Positions 17,030-26,767 of a stretch of DNA of 64,000 bases are shown here, in pieces. Both the position numbers and the translations under genes were made by a program. A model generated the notes under the pieces. It was not told the origin of the DNA, searched no databases, and saw only the letters and a list, made by a program, of their open reading frames with translations. The DNA lies in NCBI GenBank assembly GCA_050290185.1, contig JBNKHE010000006.1:217508-281507 (forward strand). The letters are read 5' to 3'. Numbering within the stretch: position 1 is the first letter of the stretch; each line of letters opens with the position of its first letter. This DNA comes from Pontiella sp. (lineage in GTDB: Bacteria; Verrucomicrobiota; Kiritimatiellia; Kiritimatiellales; Pontiellaceae).

Positions 17030-19552
17030 CTACGAAACGGCGATGTTCACGAGGCGGCCGGGGACGACGATTACCTTTCTAACCGTCTTTCCTTCTAACC
17101 AGGATTGGACCTTTTCGGCGGCGAGGGCGATGGCTTCGATCTCTTCCTTAGTGGCGGAGGTGGAAACCTTGATCTGATCGCGGACCTTTCCGTTGACCTG
17201 GACGGCCATGCCGATTTCATCGCGCTTGAGGGCTTCTTCATTCACGACGGGCCAGTCGGCATTCATGATGCCGGCGGCGTGGCCGAGTTCAACCCACAGC
17301 TCTTCGGCGATGTGCGGCGCGAAGGGCGAGATGAGCAGGATGACGTTTTCAATGGCATCGCGGAAAACTACCTTAGCGGATTCGGAACTGTCGTCCGAAA
17401 TCTTGAGGGCGTCGATGGCGTTCATCAGTTCCATGATCGCGGCAATGGCGGTGTTGAAGGTGAAGGCGCCGTCGAGTCCGCGGGTGATCTGCAGGATCGT
17501 TTCGTTGGTCTTGCGGTAGAGGTCGCGTTCGGCGTCGGCCATGTCGGCGATAACCGGCTTTTTGCCTTCAACCGACTTCAGCAACTCGAGGTTGTCGGCG
17601 ACGCGGCGCCAGATGCGTTTGAGGAAGCGGGATGCGCCTTCCACACCGGAGTCCTGCCACTCGGCTTCCTTTTCGGGTGGACCGATGAAGAGCGTGTAGA
17701 GGCGGACGGTGTCGGCGCCGTATTTCTTCAGCAGTTCTTCGGGACTAACCACATTTCCCTTGGATTTGGACATCTTGTAGAGGTTTCCGTCGGGGCCCTT
17801 TTTACAGATCATACCCTGCGTAAAGAGGTGTTTGAACGGCTCGTCAAAGTCGATCAGGCCGAGATCCTTGATGGCTTTGGTGAAGAAGCGGGCATAGAGC
17901 AGATGCAGAATGGCGTGCTCGATGCCGCCGATATATTGGTCGACCGGCATCCATTTGTTGGAAATTGCGGAATCGATCGCCTGCGAAGCATCCTGTGCAC
18001 TGAGATAGCGTAGGAAATACCAGGAGGAATCGACGAAGGTGTCCATGGTGTCGGATTCGCGCGTGGCTGCCCCGCCGCATTTCGGGCAGGTGCAGTTCAT
18101 GAAGGATTCCGAGCCCTTGAGCGGCGATTCGCCTTCGGCCTTGAATTCAACATCGGTCGGCAACAGGATCGGAAGGTTTTCTTCCTTTTCCGGAACCACA
18201 CCGCAGTCGGTGCAGTAAACCATCGGAATCGGTGCGCCCCAGTAGCGCTGACGGGAAATGAGCCAGTCGCGCAGGCGGAAGTTAATCTTTCCGGTGCCAA
18301 ATCCTTTTTCTTCGGCGAGGGCGATCATCTGCTTGATCGCTTCGCGGTTGTCCACGCCGGAAAAGTCACCGGAATCAACGCAGGTGCCGTCTTCGGTATA
18401 GGCGTCTTCCATTTCGTCAAGAACGAGCGAGCCTTCCGGATTCTGGATGGAAAGCTTGATCGGCAGGTCATATTTCTTGGCGAAGGCAAAGTCGCGGGTG
18501 TCGTGCGCCGGAACCGCCATGACCGCGCCGGTGCCGTACATGAGGACATAGTTTCCGACCCACAGCTCGATTTTTTCGCCGTTGTAGGGGTTGATCAGGT
18601 AGCGCCCGGTAAAGCGGCCTTCCTTCTCCACTTCGTCGGCTTCGCGGTCGAGGTTGGTGAGCTTGGAGCTGGCCTTGATAAATTCGAGCACCTCTTCTTC
18701 CTGCGGCAGGCCGGCGATGAGGTTTTTCAGCTCAGGATGTTCGGGAGCCAACGCCATATAGGTGCAGCCGTAGATGGTATCGACGCGGGTTGTGTAGCAG
18801 GCGATTTTATCAACATTGTCCCCTGCCCCGTCTTCGCGCGGCACGATCGGGAAGTCGATTTCCGCGCCTTCGGAGCGGCCGATCCAGTTTTTCTGCATGG
18901 TCTTCACGCGGGTCGGCCAGCCGTCGAGCGTGTCGAGATCATCGAGCAGGCGCTGGGCATAGTCGGTGATTTTGAAGAACCACTGGTCCATCGATTTTTG
19001 GTCGACTTCGGAGTCGCAGCGCTCGCAAGCGCCGTCGACCACCTGCTCGTTGGCCAGTACGGTCGCGCACGACGGGCACCAGTTGACGTTGGAATTCTTT
19101 TTATAGGCGAGGCCCTGTTTGTAGAACTGGATGAAAAGCCACTGCGTCCATTTATAGTAGTCGGGCATGCAGGAGGTGACTTCCTTGTCCCAGTCATACA
19201 TGCAGCCCCAGGCGCGGAGCTGTTCTTTCATGGTGGCAATGTTGGCGGTGGTATATTCCGCCGGCGGTGTGCCGGTCTTGATAGCGGCATTTTCGGCGGG
19301 CAAACCAAACGAGTCCCAGCCCATCGGAGTCAGCACATCGAAACCCTGCATCTTCTTATAGCGCGCAACGGCATCGCCAATGATGTAGTTGCGGCCATGA
19401 CCCACATGGAGCTTGCCCGACGGATACGGGAACATCATCAGGCAGTAGTACGGGTTTTCCGCCGCCGCCAGATCGGTATTAAAATCGCCGTTCTCGTCCC
19501 AGAAGTTCTGCCACTTCTGTTCAATCTCGTTGTAGGGATAATCGTTGTTCAT
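17030..19552 (-). CDS. leuS: Leucine--tRNA ligase
   Basis: [13 protein letters not shown] (HIGH), [23 protein letters not shown] and KMSKS motifs. Confidence 0.99.
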   Translation of the reverse strand: MNNDYPYNEIEQKWQNFWDENGDFNTDLAAAENPYYCLMMFPYPSGKLHVGHGRNYIIGDAVARYKKMQGFDVLTPMGWDSFGLPAENAAIKTGTPPAEYTTANIATMKEQLRAWGCMYDWDKEVTSCMPDYYKWTQWLFIQFYKQGLAYKKNSNVNWCPSCATVLANEQVVDGACERCDSEVDQKSMDQWFFKITDYAQRLLDDLDTLDGWPTRVKTMQKNWIGRSEGAEIDFPIVPREDGAGDNVDKIACYTTRVDTIYGCTYMALAPEHPELKNLIAGLPQEEEVLEFIKASSKLTNLDREADEVEKEGRFTGRYLINPYNGEKIELWVGNYVLMYGTGAVMAVPAHDTRDFAFAKKYDLPIKLSIQNPEGSLVLDEMEDAYTEDGTCVDSGDFSGVDNREAIKQMIALAEEKGFGTGKINFRLRDWLISRQRYWGAPIPMVYCTDCGVVPEKEENLPILLPTDVEFKAEGESPLKGSESFMNCTCPKCGGAATRESDTMDTFVDSSWYFLRYLSAQDASQAIDSAISNKWMPVDQYIGGIEHAILHLLYARFFTKAIKDLGLIDFDEPFKHLFTQGMICKKGPDGNLYKMSKSKGNVVSPEELLKKYGADTVRLYTLFIGPPEKEAEWQDSGVEGASRFLKRIWRRVADNLELLKSVEGKKPVIADMADAERDLYRKTNETILQITRGLDGAFTFNTAIAAIMELMNAIDALKISDDSSESAKVVFRDAIENVILLISPFAPHIAEELWVELGHAAGIMNADWPVVNEEALKRDEIGMAVQVNGKVRDQIKVSTSATKEEIEAIALAAEKVQSWLEGKTVRKVIVVPGRLVNIAVS

Positions 19553-19819
19553 TGCCGGACTCCGTTCAAATTCCTAAAGAGCGGGCATATTAGGGATTTA
19601 GCTATACATTTCCACCTTCAAAGGGCGGAAAATTCGCGGACTTACGGAAATAGATTGATGCGGGACTCATTTAAATATGCAGCTTTGCTCGCGTAATCCA
19701 CCATGCTTGCATGAGTGGACGGGATTGGAACCTTGCGACAGCAAGGGTGCGTCCTCCAATGCCTTATTGATTGAAGCAAAGCTTGAAACATTCACTGAAT
19801 GCGGAGAGAAATTGAAGAA

Positions 19820-20224
19820 TCAATCCAAGGTCTTATCAACCCGACAGGCAGTTGGTTCGCTGGGGCGGAACGGGCGGATGAAGGCTTCGGAAAAGTCGTA
19901 CCCGCCCATGAAGTCCTCGATGGAATCCTCGTCGGTTTTGCCGAGAAGCCCCTGATTGATCAGGTTGAAGACTATATTGCCGAAGTCAATGCATTCGTTG
20001 ATCCCCCACTCGGAGAGCACCAGCTTGGAAACAGGACCGTATTCCTTTATCGCATACTCACGCATGCCTTCAAGCAACTCCTGACCGCTAACGTGGCGGG
20101 GTTTGTCCAGCTGGCTCACGGTATGGTCGAGTCCTTCACGGACAAACAGATAGGCTTCTGCGGTATATCGTCTATCCGATTCGAGGATCGGAGCCAGTAA
20201 ATCATCTATGGTTTTGTACGTCAT
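19820..20224 (-). CDS. Minf_1886-family protein (PVC-associated)
   Basis: DRRY..EAY.FV...L, RHVSGQELL, DFGNIVFNL and DSIEDF motifs. Confidence 0.85.
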   Translation of the reverse strand: MTYKTIDDLLAPILESDRRYTAEAYLFVREGLDHTVSQLDKPRHVSGQELLEGMREYAIKEYGPVSKLVLSEWGINECIDFGNIVFNLINQGLLGKTDEDSIEDFMGGYDFSEAFIRPFRPSEPTACRVDKTLD

Positions 20225-20229
20225 GGTTT

Positions 20230-20643
20230 CTATAAATTGTTTTGCAATTTCTCGGCCAACTCGGCCATTTCATCGAAATCGTTGTATTTTTTTGGGTTCC
20301 AGTTCCAGTGGTGGCCATCGCCGTTAAACCGTGGAATAACGTGCACGTGAATATGGGCGACTTCCTGCCCTGCCGCTGTTCCGTTGTTTTGCATAATATT
20401 GACTCCATCGGCACCAAGTCCGTTCATTTGAGCCTGGGCCACCCGTTTGGCGATACTATGCAGCTTGGCCAGTACATCGTCAGGCGTTTCGGTCACCGGA
20501 TCGTAGTGCTTTTTGGGAACAACCAAAGCGTGCCCCTTGATGATCGGGGCTATATCCATGAATACCAGCACATCGTCGTCCTCATAAACGACGGTCGATG
20601 GAATTTCCTGAGCTATGATTTTGCAGAAAATGCAGTCATTCAT
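20230..20643 (-). CDS. HIT family nucleotide hydrolase
   Basis: CIFCKI and GQEVAHIHVHVIPR motifs. Confidence 0.95.
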   Translation of the reverse strand: MNDCIFCKIIAQEIPSTVVYEDDDVLVFMDIAPIIKGHALVVPKKHYDPVTETPDDVLAKLHSIAKRVAQAQMNGLGADGVNIMQNNGTAAGQEVAHIHVHVIPRFNGDGHHWNWNPKKYNDFDEMAELAEKLQNNL

Positions 20644-20824
20644 GGTTTTTCTCAACTTTTTCCAAGCCGGCAGGTGAATATGTTTCCGGCGTGTCGTGTT
20701 TCAGATACCAGTAACGTGCAATGAGACCCAACAGAAAAATGGCACAGATTACGAGGATGTATTGTTTTTCCTGATCCGAAAGCCAGAAACCGGCCTGCAG
20801 GGGACTGGGTTTGTTTTTCGCCAT
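20636..20824 (-). CDS. Small membrane protein
   Basis: One TM helix; overlaps the HIT start. Confidence 0.65.
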   Translation of the reverse strand: MAKNKPSPLQAGFWLSDQEKQYILVICAIFLLGLIARYWYLKHDTPETYSPAGLEKVEKNHE

Positions 20825-20938
20825 GTCGGTAAACATAGCATTTATTCTTATTAATTTAAGATCAATGTTTTCCGTTGATTAATATTCATTAAAAACCATG
20901 GGTATTGGTTTCCGGCTCATCACACTCCCTTGGATCGA

Positions 20939-21643
20939 TCAAGCCGTCGGAGGCGTTGGAGGCGCTGTCACATCTGCAGAACCGGACGATGGAGGTGCTG
21001 AGGGCGTTGTTGCATCTGCAGAACCGGACGGTGGAGGTGCTGAGGGCGTTGTTGCATCTGCAGAACCGGACGGTGGAAGTGGCGGTGTATTGGTCGGTTG
21101 GCTGCTCCCTGGGATTGGCGGCATTCCTGCACCAGGTCGGCGACCGTGCTTACGGAAGAATTCCCGCGCTTTCTTCATCAAGAGATCGTTTTTTTCCTTC
21201 CCGAGAATCCGCTCCATTTCCATTCGGTTGCGCACGAGGATTTGCAATTGTTCGGTCTGGGCATCCGAGATCTCCTGGATTGCAAGATCCAACTCTTCCA
21301 TGGAAGCTCCACTTTCCTGTAGTTTTGAAAGCTCGCGACGCGCTTTGTTTATGCGCTTCCAATTGGCCTTCATTTTTTCCATGTGGGCTTCCTGCAGGAC
21401 TATAATCTGCTGGCGCTGTTCTTCGGTTACCCCGATTTCCTTAAGTGCTTTTTCCATGAGCTTCAGATGCCGCTTCTTGAATTCCCGACGTTTTTCTTCC
21501 GTGGGTTTCTGGCGCTTCTGGCCATCTGCAGCGGCAGCTCCTGAAACGGGTACAGATTCAGGTTGGCTGATCTGGTTGGTTTCCTGCGCCAGGACCGGCA
21601 GGGCCAAAGCCGTTACTACCAGCATGATCATTTCGTTTTTCAT
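20939..21643 (-). CDS. Periplasmic Spy/CpxP-like helical protein with Pro-rich repeat tail
   Basis: Signal peptide, IGVTEEQRQQI motif, coiled coil and PPPSGSADATTPSA repeats. Confidence 0.75.
   Translation of the reverse strand: MKNEMIMLVVTALALPVLAQETNQISQPESVPVSGAAAADGQKRQKPTEEKRREFKKRHLKLMEKALKEIGVTEEQRQQIIVLQEAHMEKMKANWKRINKARRELSKLQESGASMEELDLAIQEISDAQTEQLQILVRNRMEMERILGKEKNDLLMKKAREFFRKHGRRPGAGMPPIPGSSQPTNTPPLPPSGSADATTPSAPPPSGSADATTPSAPPSSGSADVTAPPTPPTA
20971..21077. repeat. 42-bp tandem repeat, about 2.5 copies (coding)
   Basis: Unit CATCTGCAGAACCGGACG(A/G)TGGAGGTGCTGAGGGCGTTGTTG. Confidence 0.95.
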
Positions 21644-22002
21644 ATCTCTTTCTCCCGAGCGTACGAGTGTATAACGCATCTTCCATACCTCTATTGTCTA
21701 CAAAAGCCTAAACTTTTTTTACCCGCTATACGCATTCCAACCTTTCTTCATACCAACATCTTCCAAGAGATCCCGCCCGTTTAAAGAAATCGAGGACGTT
21801 CCCAAGAGAAACATAGTAAAATCCATGTTTTTTCCCATTTGGATAGCTTCAGTACAGTGAATTGGCTGTTGTTAATCGATTAACCCGGGCACAACATATT
21901 TAAATTCCATGTGTTACGATGACCACAGACTTTGATCTGACATTTTTGTGCTCATAATATCTGAACATGCAGGGGCTCATCTTGTGCCTCTATCAATTTT
22001 TA

Positions 22003-22137
22003 TAACAACATTTAGTGGTATCAGTTTTTTAGGGTGCTTTTTTTTTCTAATCCCTTGAGGGATCCAATGACATTCTTTACCTTCCAACCTCGCATTACAA
22101 ATCAGGAAACCACTGCCTGTTAATAACTTGTCAATAA
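22003..22137. promoter_or_regulatory. dnaA upstream region: NrdR-like box and DnaA-box-like sites
   Basis: TAACAACATTTAGTGG (22003-22018); TGTTAATAA (22118) and TGTCAATAA (22129). Confidence 0.5.
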
Positions 22138-22175
22138 CTATGGTATGCCTGTTAAGGGGAAAGTTTTAGGTACAA

Positions 22176-23561
22176 ATGGAGAAGAATTGCCCTAGCGTCT
22201 GGGAGGACGCCTGCAAACAGCTTAAGGGAATCCTTTCAAGCGATATTTATGAACGGTGGATTGCCGTCATTCAATGTATTCGCGAAACGGAGAAGTCTTT
22301 GCAACTGGCTGTTGCCAACGATTTCTACAAGGATTGGCTCGAAGAAAACTATTTTCCAATGATCCGCAAGGCCGTCATGGTGGTCAGTGGAAAGGAAATG
22401 GATATTTCCCTGGAGGTCGATTCCAGTTGCTTTGATGTTGTCAGGGAGGAAACGGAGGCGGAAAGCCAATCTCCTATTTCGATTCCGACGCTTGGTTTTG
22501 GAAAATCCAAGCCAACTCATAATCTGAATCCCAACTATACCTTCGATTCGTTCGTGGTGGGTGCTTCGAACCAGTTTGCGCATGCAGCAGCCCTCGCAGC
22601 GGCTAATTCCCCGTCCAGAACCTATAATCCGCTTTTTCTCTATGGCGGCGTTGGATTGGGGAAAACCCATTTGATGCAGGCTATCGGAAACCATATTGCC
22701 GCGAAGAAGCCCCGCGCCAAGATTTGCTATACGACCTGCGAATCCTTCACCAACGAATATATTGATGCCATTCAGAACAGCGGTGTTTCTGCGTTCCGCA
22801 AGAAATACCGTAAAATCGATATGTTGCTGATCGACGATATTCAGTTTCTCGATGGAAAAGCCGGCCTTCAGGAAGAGTTTTTCCACACCTTCAACGCCCT
22901 ATTTGAAAGCCATAAGCAAGTTGTACTGACCTCGGACCGTACACCGAGCGAAATGGCCGGGCTTGCCCCGCGCCTGATTTCCCGGTTCGAGTGGGGCCTG
23001 GTAACGGAACTGGGTAAACCGGATGTCGAGACCCGCTCTGCCATTCTACGGAAGAAGGCCGAACTCCTTAACCTTAATATCGACCACGCGTTGCTTGATT
23101 ATCTCGCCGAACGCGTATCATCGAATATCAGGAGTCTGGAAGGCGCACTAATCCGCGTAGCCACCTTTATATCGCTGACCAACCAGCATGTGAACATTCA
23201 GAAAATCGACGAGTTGCTGCACGACCTGCTGGATAAGGAATCAAAAGCCGCCGTCAACGTAGAAATCATTCAGCGCACGGTAGCCGAGCATTTTGACCTC
23301 CGTCCCTCGGATATAACGGGAAAGAAGCGCTCAAAGGATATTTCCTGGCCGCGTCAGATTGCGATGCATCTTTCCAGAAACATGACTTCACAGTCGTTTC
23401 CGGTTATCGGTGAAGCATTCAACCGCAACCACGCCACGATCTTATATGCAAACGAACAAGTGTCATCGAGAGCAAAGGAAGACCAGGCATTGCAGCAAAC
23501 CATTGCTATTCTAAAAGACAAGGTAAACAAAAACTGCGCCAAGGCATCATGTCAAGGATGA
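22176..23561 (+). CDS. dnaA: Chromosomal replication initiator DnaA
   Basis: YNPLFLYGGVGLGKTHL, LLIDDIQFL, QEEFFHTFN and RQIAM...NHATI motifs. Confidence 0.99.
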   Translation: MEKNCPSVWEDACKQLKGILSSDIYERWIAVIQCIRETEKSLQLAVANDFYKDWLEENYFPMIRKAVMVVSGKEMDISLEVDSSCFDVVREETEAESQSPISIPTLGFGKSKPTHNLNPNYTFDSFVVGASNQFAHAAALAAANSPSRTYNPLFLYGGVGLGKTHLMQAIGNHIAAKKPRAKICYTTCESFTNEYIDAIQNSGVSAFRKKYRKIDMLLIDDIQFLDGKAGLQEEFFHTFNALFESHKQVVLTSDRTPSEMAGLAPRLISRFEWGLVTELGKPDVETRSAILRKKAELLNLNIDHALLDYLAERVSSNIRSLEGALIRVATFISLTNQHVNIQKIDELLHDLLDKESKAAVNVEIIQRTVAEHFDLRPSDITGKKRSKDISWPRQIAMHLSRNMTSQSFPVIGEAFNRNHATILYANEQVSSRAKEDQALQQTIAILKDKVNKNCAKASCQG

Positions 23562-23679
23562 GACCGCAGTATGGAACCCATGATCTGAACCGTCACTTCG
23601 CTGGCGGTTTTTTCATATTTAGAGTGCGTTCGTTCATCCATTTGTTTGACACCATGAAAGCGTCATTCATAATCCATGG

Positions 23680-23900
23680 CTCTGTTAATAGTTCAGGGAT
23701 AACCTGTGGGTATATTCTTAATAAATCTAATAACCGGTAGTTCTGAACAGATGAGGGTATTTATCCACTTTTTATCAACAGGGTTATCCACCTTTTCAAA
23801 CTTTTACGGGTGACTGGGTTACGTAAAATTGGTACGTTCTGAAGCGGTTATTTACAGACTAATAATAATAGTGAATTTATAAATAGGTTATATATATATA
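23680..23900. other. oriC (dnaA-dnaN intergenic)
   Basis: DnaA boxes TTATCCACT 23761, TTATCAACA 23772, TTATCCACC 23784, TTATTTACA 23848; then TAA-TAA-TAA-TAG trios and an AT-rich unwinding tract. Confidence 0.85.
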
Positions 23901-23915
23901 ACGGGAGGCTTGTTA

Positions 23916-25010
23916 ATGAAGTTCAGCATCGAGAAGGATCAGATTCTTGAAGCACTGCAAAAAGTGCAGTCCATTGTCGGTCAACGTACCACCTTGCCCA
24001 TTCTTTCGAATGTTCTGCTCGAAGTGAGAAATGGAAGATTGACGCTAACAACAACCGATATGGAAGTCAGTGTTCGTACAAGCATAGAAGCTGATATCCA
24101 GCGCGATGGTGCAACCACCCTTCCAGCTCGTCGGTTCTTCAGTATTTGCCGCGACCTGCCAAACCATCAGGTTGAAATCGATATCAGCAATGATGATGTG
24201 GCTGAAATCATATCCGGTTCCTACAACTGCAAACTTGAAGGGCTTTCAAATGACGATTTTCCGCCTATGCCTACATTCGAAGAGAGTTCGTCCTATAAGC
24301 TGAAGCAGGGTACACTGAAGGATATCCTCCAGAAAACCTCCTACGCAGCCTCTACGGACGAATCCAGGGCTATTCTTAATGGGTCCCTGATGGCCTTCCG
24401 CGATAACAAACTTACTGTGGTGTGCACCGATGGTCGCCGGCTTGCGTTGGTTGAGCAGGAAATTGATATTTCCGACGCTGCGGAATTGGATATCGTTGTT
24501 CCCTCTAAGACCGTCAACGAATTGATCAAAACGCTCGATGAAGACGGCGATGCTGTAATAAAGACCTCGGCCACGCAGGTAGCTTTTGAATTCGGAAACA
24601 TCTTCGTTATTTCAAAGTTGATTGATGGGACCTATCCCAACTACCGCCAGGTTATTCCATCGCAGTGCGAAGAACGGATTGCGGTTGATCGCGAAATGCT
24701 TCAAAGCGCAGTACGCCGTGTTTCTCTCATGCTTGATGATCAGGCGGCATCGGTAAAGATTCAGATTACGGAAAACCGGATGGAGCTGATTACTTCATCC
24801 CCGGAAGTCGGTGAATCTCATGAAAGTGTTCCGGTAAAGTATTCCGGGAAGGATATCACGATCGCCTTTAATCCTGCGTTCCTGATGGCTCCGCTGAAGC
24901 ATCTTGACAGCGATGAAATCTACCTGGAACTCTCGGATGAACTAAGTCCAGGGGTCATAAAGACCAACGTACCTTTCCTCTATGTGATCATGCCGATCCG
25001 CGTGAGTTAG
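23916..25010 (+). CDS. dnaN: DNA polymerase III beta clamp
   Basis: TLPILSNVLL, TDGRRLA, KLIDGTYPNYRQVIP and VIMPIR motifs. Confidence 0.99.
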   Translation: MKFSIEKDQILEALQKVQSIVGQRTTLPILSNVLLEVRNGRLTLTTTDMEVSVRTSIEADIQRDGATTLPARRFFSICRDLPNHQVEIDISNDDVAEIISGSYNCKLEGLSNDDFPPMPTFEESSSYKLKQGTLKDILQKTSYAASTDESRAILNGSLMAFRDNKLTVVCTDGRRLALVEQEIDISDAAELDIVVPSKTVNELIKTLDEDGDAVIKTSATQVAFEFGNIFVISKLIDGTYPNYRQVIPSQCEERIAVDREMLQSAVRRVSLMLDDQAASVKIQITENRMELITSSPEVGESHESVPVKYSGKDITIAFNPAFLMAPLKHLDSDEIYLELSDELSPGVIKTNVPFLYVIMPIRVS

Positions 25011-25038
25011 AGAAAAGTTTTGCGTGGGAGCAGAGGAA

Positions 25039-25113
25039 TGGTTGCCGAACAAGGACTCGAACCTTGACTAAGCGAGTCAGAGTCGCTTGTGCTGCCAATT
25101 ACACCATTCGGCA
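25039..25113 (-). tRNA. tRNA-Gln(CTG)
   Basis: TGCCGAA acceptor stem, anticodon arm AGCGA-CTCTGAC-TCGCT, GGTTCGAGTCC, encoded CCA. Confidence 0.97.
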
Positions 25114-25174
25114 TGGATGAGTGCGGAAAAGTAGCCATTAACACCGCTGTGATCAAGCAGGTTTCATAAAAAAA

Positions 25175-25414
25175 ATGTCTTCGGGAACCCAAAAGAAAAT
25201 CATCCGTTTGCTAGGCGTTGGATTCGATGCCGATGATGGGCATATCCGCGTAACAAACGCGGATAAATATGATGTTCTGATGGGATCGGATGAAAGCCAT
25301 GAGTACATAACTCAACTGATCGGCAAGATAGAAGCGGAACTCGAAAAACGCGGCTTGAACTTAGATGATCTAAATCCGGATGAGCTAAGTGAAATTGTAA
25401 AATCACTCATCTAA
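25175..25414 (+). CDS. Small hypothetical protein
   Basis: 79 aa; LLGVGFDADDGHIRVT...GSDESHE motif. Confidence 0.75.
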   Translation: MSSGTQKKIIRLLGVGFDADDGHIRVTNADKYDVLMGSDESHEYITQLIGKIEAELEKRGLNLDDLNPDELSEIVKSLI

Positions 25415-25443
25415 GGATTAAAACTCTGGCGGCAAGGTCCCGA

Positions 25444-26421
25444 TTATTCCCAGACGCCATAAATCGGCATGGAGCAATCCGGGCAGGTTCCATTCTTTAT
25501 CACGTTTTTCATTACGTGGTAGCCATGCCGCTCGATCAGGATCTTCTCGCAATTTGGACACCAGGTCTGCTCCCCTGCCCCATCAGACATATTGCCGACA
25601 TAGACAAACTTCAGTCCGCATTCGATAGCGATCTGCCGTGCGCGCAGAATTATTTCCGTGGGCGTTGGCGGGAGATGCTTTAATTGGTTTTGAGGAAAAA
25701 ACCTCGAAAAATGAAGGGGTGTCGATTCTCCAAGATGTTCCACGACCCAATCGCAAAGCTGCGTTGTTTCATCTTTCGAGTCATTCAATGTTGGAATCAG
25801 TAGATTGGTTATCTCAAGCATCACGCCACATTCCTTCATCACTTCCAGTGCTTTAAGCACGGGTTTAAGTCTCGCATCGCAAATATCCCGGTAGAAATCG
25901 TCGGAGAATGACTTTAGATCGACGTTGGCGGCATCCACATATTGGCAGATATGACGCAATGGTTCGGGATTGATGAATGCAGCGGTAACCAGAACATTCT
26001 TGATTCCAAGTTCTGATGAGGCCTTACAACAATCATACGTATATTCGTACGAAACCAGGGGTTCGGTATAGGTATAAGCTATGGACGGACAATCCCGTTT
26101 TTTTGCCATTTCTACGACATTTTCCGGGTAAACGTCCGATCCGCCTGCACCATATTGAGCGCTTTGTGAAATTGTCCAGTTTTGACATTGCTTGCAATGG
26201 AGATTACATCCGGCCGTCGCGAGGGAGAGAATTTTCGATCCAGGAAGAAAATGGTACAGAGGCTTCTTTTCAACGGGATCTATGTTTAGCGAGCAAGGGT
26301 GCGCATAGGTCGTGCACTGTATCCTTCCACCTTTGTTCTCACGAACCCGGCAATCACCGATTTCACCCGGTGCTAAATCACATCCTTTTGGGCAAATCGT
26401 GCATCTAATTCTCGTCTTCAT
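25444..26421 (-). CDS. amrS: AmmeMemoRadiSam-system radical SAM enzyme
   Basis: DPVEKKPLYHFLPG, GCNLHCKQCQNW, IAYTYTEP and PLHFSRFFP motifs. Confidence 0.9.
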   Translation of the reverse strand: MKTRIRCTICPKGCDLAPGEIGDCRVRENKGGRIQCTTYAHPCSLNIDPVEKKPLYHFLPGSKILSLATAGCNLHCKQCQNWTISQSAQYGAGGSDVYPENVVEMAKKRDCPSIAYTYTEPLVSYEYTYDCCKASSELGIKNVLVTAAFINPEPLRHICQYVDAANVDLKSFSDDFYRDICDARLKPVLKALEVMKECGVMLEITNLLIPTLNDSKDETTQLCDWVVEHLGESTPLHFSRFFPQNQLKHLPPTPTEIILRARQIAIECGLKFVYVGNMSDGAGEQTWCPNCEKILIERHGYHVMKNVIKNGTCPDCSMPIYGVWE

Positions 26422-26767
26422 CCTTTGTGCTTTCAGTGAAGAGGCTATCCAAGCCTTCAAAAGCTGAAAAGCCCCCGAGTTTTATAGCGCTTTCCGCCGA
26501 ACTTCCATACCCCTTCATTTTGTGTTTTTCATGTTCGTGATCATGACAATAAACACATAGGAGTTCCCAGTTGCTGCCATCAGGAGGATTATTCTGATGG
26601 TTGTGATCTTTATGGTGAACGGTCAGCTCTTTCAATTTAGCCCCGGAAAACTCTCGGCTGCAGCTTCCACATACATGTGGAAAGAGCTTCAGGGCCTGGG
26701 CGCGATACCCCTTCTCCCTTTCAGCCATTTCCTGTTGAATTCGTTCAAATTTACTGGGATTTTTCAT
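26405..26767 (-). CDS. YajD-family HNH nuclease
   Basis: LTVHHKDHNHQNNPPDGSNWELLCVYCHDHEH motif. Confidence 0.92.
   Translation of the reverse strand: MKNPSKFERIQQEMAEREKGYRAQALKLFPHVCGSCSREFSGAKLKELTVHHKDHNHQNNPPDGSNWELLCVYCHDHEHEKHKMKGYGSSAESAIKLGGFSAFEGLDSLFTESTKDEDEN

Noticed and set aside
4300..17030. Integrase or recombinase for the cassette array
   Set aside because: No ORF with tyrosine (R-H-R-Y) or serine recombinase motifs is visible in the window.
4353..17101. leuS-tail copies as a DGR template/variable repeat set (the four-helix protein is Avd-like) or as a CRISPR array
   Set aside because: No reverse transcriptase or cas genes; differences are not adenine-specific; spacing is kilobases and contains genes.
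26405..26767. HNH nuclease as a mobile or defence effector
   Set aside because: Matches the ordinary YajD family and sits within a core-looking operon.
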